36,996 nt of DNA from Nemertoderma westbladi. Its lineage: Eukaryota; Animalia; Xenacoelomorpha. This document shows, piece by piece, positions 7,659-21,900 of the stretch. Position 1 is the first letter of the stretch; each line of letters starts with the position of its first letter. The notes under the pieces are model-generated. The model was not told the origin of the DNA, did not search any database, and saw nothing but the letters and a program-made list of their open reading frames with translations. The translations under genes were made by a program, and so were the position numbers. Location: the NCBI GenBank assembly GCA_032718475.1, contig JAUCBJ010008589.1:1-36996 (forward strand). Reading direction: 5' to 3'.

Positions 7659-10600
7659 TAATTGAACCCATTCCGGTACTCACCTAATTGAACCCATTCC
7701 GGTACTCACCTAATTGAACCCATTCCGGTACTCACCTAATTGAACCCATTCCGGTACTCACCTAATTGAACCCATTCCGGTACTCACCTAATTGAACCCA
7801 TTCCGGCACTCACATAATTGAACCCATTCCGGTACTCACCTAATTGAACCCATTCCGGTACTCACCTAATTGAACCCATTCCGGTACTCACCTAATTGAA
7901 CCCATTCCGGCACTCACATAATTGAACCCATTCCGGTACTCACCTAATTGAACCCATTCCGGTACTCACCTAATTGAACCCATTCCGGTACTCACCTAAT
8001 TGAACCCATTCCGGCACTCACCTAATTGAACCCATTCCGGTACTCACCTAATTGAACCCATTCCGGTACTCACCTAATTGAACCCATTCCGGTACTCACC
8101 TAATTGAACCCATTCCGGCACTCACCTAATTGAACCCAATCAGGTACTCACGTAATTGAACCCATTCCGGTACTCACCTAATTGAACCCATTCCGGTACT
8201 CACCTATTTGAACCCAATCCGGTACTCACCTATTTGAAACCAATCCGGTACTCACCTAATTGAACCCATTCCGGTACTCACCTAATTGAACCCATTCCGG
8301 TACTCACCTAATTGAACCCATTCCGGTACTCACCTAATTGAACCCATTCCGGTACTCACCTATTTGAACCCAATCCGGTACTCACCTAATTGAACCCATT
8401 CCGGTACTCACCTAATTGAACCCATTCCGGTTCTCACCTAATTGAACCCATTCCGGCACTCACCTAATTGAACCCATTCCGGTACTCACATAATTGAACC
8501 CATTCCGGTACTCACCTATTTGAACCCAATCCGATACTCACCTATTTGAACCCATTCCGGTACTCACCTAATTGAACCCATTCCGGTACTCACCTAATTG
8601 AACCCATTCCGGTACTCACCTATTTGAACCCATTCCGGTACTCACCTAATTGAACCCATTCCGGTACTCACCTAATTGAACCCATTCCGGTACTCACCTA
8701 TTTGAACCCATTCCGGTACTCACCTAATTGAACCCATTCCGGTACTCACCTATTTGAACCCATTCCGGTACTCACCTAATTGAACCCATCCCGGTACTCA
8801 CCTAATTGAACCCAATCCGGTACTGACCTAATTGAACCCATTCCGGTACTCACATAATTGAACCCATTCCGGTACTCACCTAATTGAACCCATTCCGGTA
8901 CTCACCTAATTGAACCCATTCCGGCACTCACATAATTTAAAAAATTCCGGTACTCACCTAATTGAACCCATTCCGGCACTCACCTAATTAAACCCAATCA
9001 GGTACTCACGTAATTGAACCCATTCCGGTACTCACCTAATTGAACCCATTCCGGTACTCACCTATTTGAACCCAATCCGGTACTCACCTATTTGAAACCA
9101 ATCCGGTACTCACCTAATTGAACCCATTCCGGTACTCACCTAATTGAACCCATTCCGGTACTCACCTAATTGAACCCATTCCGGTACTCACCTAATTGAA
9201 CCCATTCCGGTACTCACCTATTTGAACCCAATCCGGTACTCACCTAATTGAACCCATTCCGGTACTCACCTAATTGAACCCATTCCGGTACTCACCTAAT
9301 TGAACCCATTCCGGCACTCACCTAATTTAAAAAATTCCGGTACTCACCTAATTGAACCCATTCCGGCACTCACCTAATTGAACCCAATCCGGTACTCACC
9401 TAATTGAACCCATTCCGGTACTCACCTAATTGAACCCATTCCGGTACTCACCTAATTGAAGCCATTCCGGTACTCACCTAATTGAACCCATTCCGGTACT
9501 CACATAATTGAACCCATTCCGGTACTCACCTAATTGAAGCCATTCCGGTACTCACCTAATTGAAGCCATTCCGGTACTCACCTAATTGAACCCATTCCGT
9601 GACTCACCTAATTGAACCCATTCCGGTACTCACCTAATTGAACCCATTCCGGTACTCACCTAATTGAAGCCATTCCGGTACTCACCTAATTGAACCCATT
9701 CCGGTACTCACATAATTGAACCCATTCCGGTACTCACCTAATTGAACCCATTCCGGTACTCACCTAATTGAATCCATTCCGGTACTCACCTAATTGAACC
9801 CATTCCGGCACTCACCTAATTGAACCCATTCCGGTACTCACCTAATTGAACCCATTCCGGTACTCACCTAATTGAATCCATTCCGGCACTCACCTAATTG
9901 AACCCATTACGGTACTCACCTAATTCAATCCATTCCGGTACTCACCTAATTGAACCCATTCCGGTACTCACCTAATTGAACCCATTCCGGTACTCACCTA
10001 ATTGAACCCATTCCGGTACTCACCTAATTGAACCCATTCCGGTAGTCACCTAATTGAACCCATTCCGGTACTCACCTAATTGAACCCATTCCGGTACTCA
10101 TCTAATTGAACCCATTCCGGCACTCACCTAATTGAACCCATTCCGGTACTCACATAATTGAACCCATTCCGGTACTCACCTAATTGAACCCATTCCGGTA
10201 CTCACCTAATTGAAGCCATTCCGGTACTCACCTAATTGAACCCATTCCGGTACTCACCTAATTGAAGCCATTCCGGTACTCACATAATTGAACCCATTCC
10301 GGTACTCACCTAATTGAAGCCATTCCGGTACTTACCTAATTGAAGCCATTCCGGTACTCACCTAATTGAACACATTCCGGTACTCACCTAATTGAACCCA
10401 TTCCGGCACTCACCTAATTGAACCCATTCCGGTACTCACATAATTGAACCCATTCCGGTACTCACCTAATTGAACCCATTCCGGTAGTCACCTAATTGAA
10501 CCCATTCCGGTACTCACCTAATTGAACCCATTCCGGTACTCATCTAATTGAACCCATTCCGGCACTCACCTAATTGAACCCATTCCGGTACTCACATAAT

Positions 10601-12838
10601 TGAACCCATTCCGGTACTCACCTAATTGAACCCATTCCGGTACTCACCTAATTGAAGCCATTCCGGTACTCACCTAATTGAACCCATTCCGGTACTCACC
10701 TAATTGAAGCCATTCCGGTACTCACATAATTGAACCCATTCCGGTACTCACCTAATTGAAGCCATTCCGGTACTTACCTAATTGAAGCCATTCCGGTACT
10801 CACCTAATTGAACACATTCCGGTACTCACCTAATTGAACCCATTCCGGTACTCACCTAATTGAAGCCATTCCGGTACTCACCTAATTGAACCCATTCCGT
10901 GACTCACCTAATTGAACCCATTCCGGTACTCACCTAATTGAACCCATTCCGGTACTCACCTAATTGAAGCCATTCCGGTACTCACCTAATTGAACCCATT
11001 CCGGTACTCACATAATTGAACCCATTCCGGTACTCACCTAATTGAACCCATTCCGGTACTCACCTAATTGAATCCATTCCGGTACTCACCTAATTGAACC
11101 CATTCCGGCACTCACCTAATTGAACCCATTCCGGTACTCACCTAATTGAACCCATTCCGGTACTCACCTAATTGAATCCATTCCGGCACTCACCTAATTG
11201 AACCCATTACGGTACTCACCTAATTCAATCCATTCCGGTACTCACCTAATTGAACCCATTCCGGTACTCACCTAATTGAACCCATTCCGGTACTCACCTA
11301 ATTGAACCCATTCCGGTACTCACCTAATTGAACCCATTCCGGTAGTCACCTAATTGAACCCATTCCGGTACTCACCTAATTGAACCCATTCCGGTACTCA
11401 TCTAATTGAACCCATTCCGGCACTCACCTAATTGAACCCATTCCGGTACTCACATAATTGAACCCATTCCGGTACTCACCTAATTGAACCCATTCCGGTA
11501 CTCACCTAATTGAAGCCATTCCGGTACTCACCTAATTGAACCCATTCCGGTACTCACCTAATTGAAGCCATTCCGGTACTCACATAATTGAACCCATTCC
11601 GGTACTCACCTAATTGAAGCCATTCCGGTACTTACCTAATTGAAGCCATTCCGGTACTCACCTAATTGAACACATTCCGGTACTCACCTAATTGAACCCA
11701 TTCCGGCACTCACCTAATTGAACCCATTCCGGTACTCACCTATTTGAAGCCAATCCGGTACTCACCTAATTGAACCCATTCCGGTACTCACCTAATTGAA
11801 CCCATTCCGGTACTCACCTAATTGAACCCATTCCGGTACTCACCTAATTGAACCCATTCCGGTACTCACCTAATTGAACCCATTCCGGTACTCACCTAAT
11901 TGAACCCATTCCGGTACTCACCTAATTGAACCCATTCCGGTACTCACCTAATTGAACCCATTACGGTACTCACCTAATTGAACCCATTCCGGTACTCACC
12001 TAATTGAAGCCATTCCGGTACTCACCTAATTGAACCCATTCCGGTACTCACCTAATTGAACCCATTCCGGTACTCACCTAATTGAAGCCATACCGGTACT
12101 CACCTAATTGAACCCATTCCGGCACTCACCTAATTGAACCCATTCCGATACTCACATAGTTGAACCCATTCCGGTACTCACCTAATTGAACCCATTCCGG
12201 TACTCACCTAATTGAACCCATTCCGGTACTCACCTAATTGAACCCATTCCGGCACTCACCTAATTGAACCCATTCCGGTACTCACATAATTGAACCCATT
12301 CCGGTACTCACCTAATTGAACCCATTCCGGCACTCACCTAATTGAACCCATTCCGGCACTCACCTAATTGAACCCATTCCGGTACTCACCTAATTGAAAC
12401 CATTCCGGTACTCACCTAATTGAACCCAATCCGGTACTCACCTAATTGAACCCATTCCGGTACTCACCTAATTGAACCCATTCCGGTTCTCACCTAATTG
12501 AACCCATTCCGGTACTCACCTAATTGAAGCCATTCCGGTACTCACCTAATTGAACCCATTCCGGTACTCACCTAATTGAACCCATTCCGGTACTCAGCTA
12601 ATTGAACCCATTCCGGTTCTCACCTAATTGAACCCATTCCGGTACTCACCTAATTGAACCCATTCCGGTTCTCACCTAATTGAACCCATTCCGGTACTCA
12701 CCTAATTGAACCCATTCCGGTTCTCACCTAACTGAACCCATTCCGGTACTCACCTAATTGAAGCCATTCCGGTACTCACCTAATTGAACCCATTCCGGTA
12801 CTCACCTAATTGAACCCATTCCGGTACTCACCTAATTG
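7659..12838. repeat. 26-bp satellite, about 200 copies (TAATTGAACCCATTCCGGTACTCACC), intronic
   Basis: Direct tandem repeat. The minus-strand unit reads CAATTAG|GTGAGTACCGGAATGGGTT. Variant patterns recur at offsets of 442, 858 and 1300 bp. Confidence 0.97.
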
Positions 12839-12915
12839 GCGTTGTTTTATAGAACCAGATTGAAGGCTGCTTCTCGGTGATTTTGTTTTTGTCCTCGATT
12901 TAACGGAATTGGTCC
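12832..12915 (-). CDS. TRIM-PARP exon (basic Ser/Lys-rich segment GTNSVKSRTKTKSPRSSLQSGSIKQRQL)
   Basis: Acceptor CCCAG, donor TAG|GTGAGT. The only open frame is the one required by the phase-1 upstream exon. Confidence 0.75.
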
Positions 12916-15900
12916 CTGGGTGACACGAAATATAATATCAGATTATGGAATTTGTCAATGTAATGCGAAGGCCGAAGACAAATAAATAATTTAATAGATT
13001 ATACATCTGTAGGTTTATTTTCTATACTTTGCAGATAGGGGGGGGGGGGGGGGGGGAGGGTCTCTAGATGCAATCAAAATGCATCCCTCTTCAGCTGAAA
13101 GCCGAGGTAAATAACAGCTGATTTAGAGTAAGCTAAGTATTTACTACTGCTAAGTATTTACTACTGCTAAGTATTTACTACTGCTAAGTATTTACTACTG
13201 CTAAGTATTTACTACTGCTAAGTATTTACTACTGCTAAGTATTCACTACTGCTTTAAGTATTTACTACTGCTAAGTATTTACTACTGCTAAGTATTTACT
13301 ACTGCTAAGTATTTACTACTGCTTTAAGTATTTACTACTGCTAAGTATTTACAACTGCTAAGTATTTACTACTGCTTTAAGTATTTACTACTGCTTTAAG
13401 TATTTACTACTGCTAAGTATTTACTACTGCTAAGTATTTACTACTGCTAAGTATTTACTACTGCTAAGTATTTACTACTGCTTTAAGTATTTACTACTGC
13501 TAAGTATTTACTACTGCTAAGTATTTACTGCTGCTTTAAGTATTTACTACTGCTGAGTATTTACAACTGCTAAGTATTTACTACTGCTTTAAGTATTTAC
13601 TACTGCTAAGTATTTACAACTGCTAAGTATTTACTACTGCTTTAAGTATTTACTACTGCTTTAAGTATTTACTACTGCTAAGTATTTACTACTGCTAAGT
13701 ATTTACTACTGCTAAGTATTTACTACTGCTAAGTATTTACTACTGCTTTAAGTATTTACTACTGCTAAGTATTTACTACTGCTAAGTATTTACTACTGCT
13801 AAGTATTTACTACTGCTAAGTATTTACTACTGCTAAGTATTTCCTACTGCTAAGTATTTACTACTGCTAAGTATTTACTACTGCTAAGTATTTACTACTG
13901 CTTTAAGTATTTACTACTGCTAAGTATTTACTACTGCTTTAAGTATTTACTACTGCTAAGTATTTACTACTGCTAAGTATTTACTACTGCTAAGTATTTA
14001 CTACTGCTAAGTATTTACTACTGCTAAGTATTTCCTACTGCTAAGTATTTACTACTGCTAAGTATTTACTACTGCTAAGTATTTACTACTGCTAAGTATT
14101 TACTACTGCTAAGTATTTACTACTGCTAAGTATTTACTACTGCTAAGTATTTACTACTGCTAAGTATTTACTACTGCTAAGTATTTACTACTGCTAAGTA
14201 TTTACTACTGCTAAGTATTTACTACTGCTTTAAGTATTTACTACTGCTAAGTATTTACTACTGCTAAGTATTTACTACTGCTAAGTATTTACTACTGCTA
14301 AGTATTTCCTACTGCTAAGTATTTACTACTGCTAAGTATTTACTACTGCTAAGTATTTAATACTGCTTTAAGTATTTACTACTGCTAAGTATTTACTACT
14401 GCTAAGTATTTACTACTGCTAAGTATTTACTACTGCTAAGTATTTACTACTGCTAAGTATTTACTACTGCTAAGTATTTACTACTGCTTTAAGTATTTAC
14501 TACTGCTAAGTATTTACTACTGCTAAGTATTTACTACTGCTTTAAGTATTTACTACTGCTAAGTATTTACAACTGCTAAGTATTTACTACTGCTAAGTAT
14601 TTACAACTGCTAAGTATTTACTACTGCTAAGTATTTACTACTGCTAAGTATTTACTACTGCTAAGTATTTACTACTGCTTTAAGTATTTACTACTGCTAA
14701 GTATTTACTACTGCTAAGTATTTACTGCTGCTTTAAGTATTTACTACTGCTGAGTATTTACAACTGCTAAGTATTTACTACTGCTTTAAGTATTTACTAC
14801 TGCTAAGTATTTACAACTGCTAAGTATTTACTACTGCTTTAAGTATTTACTACTGCTTTAAGTATTTACTACTGCTAAGTATTTACTACTGCTAAGTATT
14901 TACTACTGCTAAGTATTTACTACTGCTAAGTATTTACTACTGCTTTAAGTATTTACTACTGCTAAGTATTTACTACTGCTAAGTATTTACTACTGCTAAG
15001 TATTTACTACTGCTAAGTATTTACTACTGCTAAGTATTTCCTACTGCTAAGTATTTACTACTGCTAAGTATTTACTACTGCTAAGTATTTACTACTGCTT
15101 TAAGTATTTACTACTGCTAAGTATTTACTACTGCTTTAAGTATTTACTACTGCTAAGTATTTACTACTGCTAAGTATTTACTACTGCTAAGTATTTACTA
15201 CTGCTAAGTATTTACTACTGCTAAGTATTTCCTACTGCTAAGTATTTACTACTGCTAAGTATTTACTACTGCTAAGTATTTACTACTGCTAAGTATTTAC
15301 TACTGCTAAGTATTTACTACTGCTAAGTATTTACTACTGCTAAGTATTTACTACTGCTAAGTATTTACTACTGCTAAGTATTTACTACTGCTAAGTATTT
15401 ACTACTGCTAAGTATTTACTACTGCTTTAAGTATTTACTACTGCTAAGTATTTACTACTGCTAAGTATTTACTACTGCTAAGTATTTACTACTGCTAAGT
15501 ATTTCCTACTGCTAAGTATTTACTACTGCTAAGTATTTACTACTGCTAAGTATTTAATACTGCTTTAAGTATTTACTACTGCTAAGTATTTACTACTGCT
15601 AAGTATTTACTACTGCTAAGTATTTACTACTGCTAAGTATTTACTACTGCTAAGTATTTACTACTGCTAAGTATTTACTACTGCTTTAAGTATTTACTAC
15701 TGCTAAGTATTTACTACTGCTAAGTATTTACTACTGCTAAGTATTTACTACTGCTAAGTATTTACTACTGCTTTAAGTATTTACTACTGCTAAGTATTTA
15801 CTACTGCTAAGTATTTACTACTGCTAAGTATTTACTACTGCTAAGTATTTACTACTACTAAGTATTTACTACTGCTAAGTATTTACTACTGCTAAGTATT

Positions 15901-18900
15901 TACTACCGTACTGCTATGGTATTTAATTAATCAACTAACCACTGGATCCCTTTCTCGAAGTGACTCCGGAAGATTTACGACTATTCGTTCCGGTACGCCG
16001 TCCGTCTTCTCGGCTATCCAATACTCGTTTATTGACAGGTGTACCTGTCCGCCTCCCGGAACCAACTTCGCTTGCTTTCCCCTCTTCTGGAGTTCCTATA
16101 TAATTTACATGATATCACATAATTAATATACATTAAGTATATAACGCATATTATATAAGATACAAAAATAAATGATATCAATTTTAGTTGAGGTTAAAAA
16201 AAATCATCAATAATTGTTGCTTTATTTACTAATTATGTAGCTATTGACTTAGCACTTAATATTTTTGGGATTGATTAAGTTTGTAGACAACGTGGCATAT
16301 TTACCTGCATCTAATTGACTAGCGACACTGAATATCCGACAGACGTAAACGGCCCACCATTCCTCGTCTACTGATTGATCCGTGGAGCTCCAGACGAATC
16401 GAATACCCGACTCACCGTTAAAAGCTGTAAACAAATAAAGGATTTTGAAACATTTTTCAAAAACTTTTGATATTTAATTAATGATTAATTTACGCAGCAT
16501 TAAACCTTCAAACTGTAAACAAACCGTCACAATGTAAAATTATAGTGGGCAGAAGTAGAGCCTATACTGCTCTATAGCAGTATTTCCTGTTGCACTCTTA
16601 CTGTATAGGACACCAGATATCTTGCTCGTAAATACAGTTATACACCCGGATGCTATGCAGGTTAAATGGCTTAGGACAAGATACAATGCTCAGACACTAA
16701 CGATGCATTTTACAACTCGGGTGTAACTCTCTACATTACGAAACCCAGCATCATTCTGCAGGCATAGCGGCTTCGACTAACTTGTTCCCAGCTTCGAGGA
16801 TGGTATACGATCAATGAGACCCATGAACCCATCCCTGTTAATGTCAGCAATGTGTTCCATCTTATAAGGAGTGTGAAACATGTAGTGTTCCTCAACCCCT
16901 CCCTCATCCGTGTGTGTTTCGTGTCGATGTTTCTGATACGATTTAAATAACTCGGGATTTTGAAGACGTTTAATCTGCATTAGAAATTAAGAAACAAATT
17001 AGTTTGTTGATAAAGATTTGTAAGAAAATCTGAATGTTTTCTTACAAATTGAGGTATTCTCAGGAGGTTATTCTAGGAAAAGTCGATACAGTGTAATTCC
17101 TAAAAAAACTGAGAAATTAAAAGGCGTTAAATGATATACTATGAGTAGTTACTAACAGTTACAATAGACGGTTGTTTGTCGTCATCGCAACGGTCTATAA
17201 ACAGTTGTTGAACTCTCTGGTACTCGAAAGTAGAGGAATCTACCATCTCCACCAACACAAAGTCTTGCGTTACAGATTGAGGTAGCCACCAGTTAGGAAC
17301 ACAAAGACCTGCCAAACAATAGTATCTATAAATGTGAGCAATAAATTTCCTACGAGAAACTCATTATGATACTAAGACTCTGTTTTAGGAGGGTCATCTA
17401 ATATTGGCTGATGAATTGTATTACAGAAACAACACAAACGTACAATCAACCAATTCCGCAACAGAATCGGTGTTGCTCCTACTGTACCGGCAAGTAACTA
17501 AATACCAACACAATCATTGAGATATCGGCTACAACAATGACCATAATGCTCATATAACGGACAATATATCGTACCTTCTAGACTTATTTGAACTTAATGT
17601 TTATATTTTGCAACACGGAGAACCACCCAGGTCTTACCTCGTTTAACATTATCGTCGTATTCCGACATTTTCGTATCTTTGCCGGTAGAGGGCGTTACAC
17701 TAACGTTGAGATCCTGATTGGCTACAAGAGGAACTTGTATATTAAACACCATCTCGGAAGGGACAACATTGGGAAACCTGAGTAAGAGCTTATAGGGGCC
17801 GACATCAGTGACCTAAAGTAGAATGCGCGTAAATATATTATCGTAATTATGGCGATATTAATAAATATTCAATTGTAATATAAATTGTTAATTATTATTA
17901 ACCGGTACTATAAGAAGACTCTTCAGTATATAATGAATGATGTTATAATAGATGTTAGGGATGTTACATGTACGCACCTGCATCACTATAGATCGCATAT
18001 AGAGGTATGTTTATCTAACCTTAACTTTCAGCTTAAAACTTCCATCATTGTTGACGCTGGTAACAACTTTAACATTTACACCGTCCCAGTCGACAATATC
18101 GACATTGGCGTCGGACATCCTTAACGGCCCCTTAGCCACGCCCACATCCAACACAAAGGCTTTATCTGCAACCGATCCTCGTAACGAACCCTGTAACGCA
18201 ACAAACTCTTTACAGATAAATATAGTAAACATTATATCCTTCTGATTAAGTCTACAGTATATTATATTCTACAGGTACTACTATTAATTCCACAATAATA
18301 ATAAAAGTTGACTAAGATAACTCACTTATCTACAAACCATTAACACTGTAATATATGAAATAAAATCTAACATTACAATATGTATTCTAAATTATCATTC
18401 CGTGATATACCGATTACATGACTTACCTTAATATATTAATATTCAAAATAAAGTCATAGAATAGACCTACATTTTTATGGCTACATAATACATTCCTCCG
18501 AATGTTATAATACACTAAAAGAATCGTTTTTAGCAGCAAATATTCCATTTTAATAACCAATATAAATTTCAGCCACGTTTATAACATTACTGATAAATTA
18601 ACAGTTTATTATCTGTTATACTGTTATAGCGTAACTAAATTTATATCAGTTATTAAAATGGAATATTTGCGGCAATAAACGATTCTTTAAGTATAAACAT
18701 TATGAAGTCATCCAAGGCAATAATTATATCAAAATCATATTACAAATTCATTTTACATATTTCAAATCCAAAACCACCAATTAATATATAAAATGGTTCA
18801 AATACAGAGGACTTTGAAATACGTGGTCTATTCATGTCCCCAATAACCAGTAAATAAAATATACAAATACCTTGACGACAACCAGCTTCGGGAAGGTAAA

Positions 18901-21900
18901 TTCAGCTGCATGTTCTTTTACATCCTTAGTTGTTTGTAGATATCCAATACATTCGTAGTTGATATCCTTGTTCTCCTTTCTAGTTGGCGACACTGGTCTT
19001 CTTAAAGCAGTCAGAATATCTTTACTTCCGCACAGCATGGCCGGGGTTTCTGGGTTGAGTGAGAGGGCGCACCTAACCAGACCTGCGGCGTATTCTAACG
19101 ACTCTATACTCGTTACTGTCTTACCCAACCCCTCGTTAAGAGACCGACTCTCCACTTCCATTAACTCATTTAAGCCTTGTAATGTCTGTTCCGCGCGGTT
19201 GTTCAATATTTCGTGCATCTGTTTGTATTCCCGAAGTACCAGACTTTGTATCGTTGCCGCCGCGCTTCTGTGATTGGTCAGCTCAAGTTCAGTGGATATT
19301 TTGTTGTTCTGATTGGTTTCCAGTTGATTGGTCACGTGAGAAAGAATCTCTTCGACTTGCGTTATATAAGTGTCATCAACATCAACAAGTTCCACTGGAG
19401 CGTGACCTAAAGGAAGAATAAAAATTCATGAATATGTAAATAATAACAGTAAATAAGAATAAAATTAGATTATGTTAGAACATTTTTTTGCGTTCAATAC
19501 CATTACGAAGATTTCGACCATGTAGTGACGACCATGTTGGCCAACTATTCCGTATTGAATTCCAACAGCGTACAATAGTGTCTAACTAATAAACCAGTAA
19601 ATAAGGAATAACCACCTAAATCCGCCGAGTGCTTGGACATTGTACATGCTGGACAAGCAATGACGTCACAAGTAGTACAAAGGAAAGCAAATTCGGCCCC
19701 GTGTATGTCGCAAACTCTCTTTCTCTTTTCGGCAACATCCTGTTAATAAATAAATTAACAACGATAATTATAGGCCTACAGTATGGAACTGAAGATTATT
19801 CGACGCTTTGTGCTACTGTAAAGGGATAATTGTACATACAGTATTCTGATTATAGAAAATATTACTTACGCACAGCCAGCATCCATCCCTATCTGTCCAC
19901 TCTCCAACCTTACCTGGACATCCATCCCTATCTGTCCACTCTCCAACCTTACCTGGACATCCATCCCTATCTGTCCACTCTCCAACCTTACCTGGACATC
20001 CATCCCTATCTGTCCACTCTCCAACCTTACCTGGACATCCATCCCTATCTGTCCACTCTCCAACCTTACCTGGACATCCATCCCTATCTGTCCACTCTCC
20101 AACCTTACCTGGACATCCATCCCTATCTGTCCACTCTCCAACCTTACCTGGACATCCATCCCTATCTGTCCACTCTCCAACCTTACCTGGGCATCCATCC
20201 CTATCTGTCCACTCTCCAACCTTACCTGGGCATCCATCTATCTGTCCACTCTCCAACCTTACCTGGGCATCCATCCATCTGTCCACTCTCCAACCTTACC
20301 TGGACATCCATCCCTATCTGTCCACTCTCCAACCTTACCTGGGCATCCATCCCTATCTGTCCACTCTCCAACCTTACCTGGACATCCATCCCTATCTGTC
20401 CACTCTCCAACCTTACCTGGGTATCCGTCCATATCTGTCCACTCTCTAACCTTACCTGGGCATCCGTCCATATCTCTCCACTCTCCGACCTGGGCATCCA
20501 TTCATCTGTCCACTCTCCAAACTTACCTGGGCATCCATCCCTATCTGACCACTCTCCAACCTTACCTGGGCATCCGTCCATATCTGTCCACTCTCCAACC
20601 TTACTTGGACATCCGTCCATATTTATCCACTCTCCAACCTTACCTGGGCATCCATCCATCTGTCAACTCTCCAACCATACCTGGGCATCCATCCATCTGT
20701 CCACTCTCCAACCATACCTGGACATCCATCCCTATCTGTCCACTCTCCAACCATACCTGGGCATCCATCCATCTGTCAACTCTCCAACCATACCTGGGCA
20801 TCCATCCATCTGTCAACTCTCCAACCTTACCTGGACATCCATCCCTATCTGTCCACTCTCCAACCTTACCTGGACATCCATCCCTATCTGTCCACTCTCC
20901 AACCTTACCTGGACATCCATCCCTATCTGTCCACTCTCCAACCTTACCTGGACATCCATCCCTATCTGTCCACTCTCCAACCTTACCTGGGCATCCATCC
21001 CTATCTGTCCACTCTCCAACCTTACCTGGGCATCCATCTATCTGTCCACTCTCCAACCTTACCTGGGCATCCATCCATCTGTCCACTCTCCAACCTTACC
21101 TGGACATCCATCCCTATCTGTCCACTCTCCAACCTTACCTGGGCATCCATCCCTATCTGTCCACTCTCCAACCTTACCTGGACATCCATCCCTATCTGTC
21201 CACTCTCCAACCTTACCTGGGTATCCGTCCATATCTGTCCACTCTCTAACCTTACCTGGGCATCCGTCCATATCTCTCCACTCTCCGACCTGGGCATCCA
21301 TTCATCTGTCCACTCTCCAAACTTACCTGGGCATCCATCCCTATCTGACCACTCTCCAACCTTACCTGGGCATCCGTCCATATCTGTCCACTCTCCAACC
21401 TTACTTGGACATCCGTCCATATTTATCCACTCTCCAACCTTACCTGGGCATCCATCCATCTGTCAACTCTCCAACCATACCTGGGCATCCATCCATCTGT
21501 CCACTCTCCAACCATACCTGGACATCCATCCCTATCTGTCCACTCTCCAACCATACCTGGGCATCCATCCATCTGTCAACTCTCCAACCATACCTGGGCA
21601 TCCATCCATCTGTCCACTCTCTAACCATACCTGGACATCCATCCCTATCTGTCCACTCTCCAACCTTACCTGGGCATCCATCCATCTGTCAACTCTCCAA
21701 CCATACCTGGGCATCCCTATCTGTCCACTCTCCAACCATACCTGGGCATCCATCCATCTGTCAACTCTCCAACCTTACCTGGGCATCCATCCCTATCTGT
21801 CCACTCTCCAACCATACCTTGGCATCCCTATCTGTCCACTCTCCAACCATACCTGGGCATCACTATCTGTCCACTCTCCAACCTTACCTGGGCATCCCTA

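Noticed and set aside
13038-13060. Poly-G tract as a functional G-quadruplex (also poly-C at about 27646-27667 and 31640-31658)
   Set aside because: Simple homopolymers in introns with no supporting context; length is error-prone.
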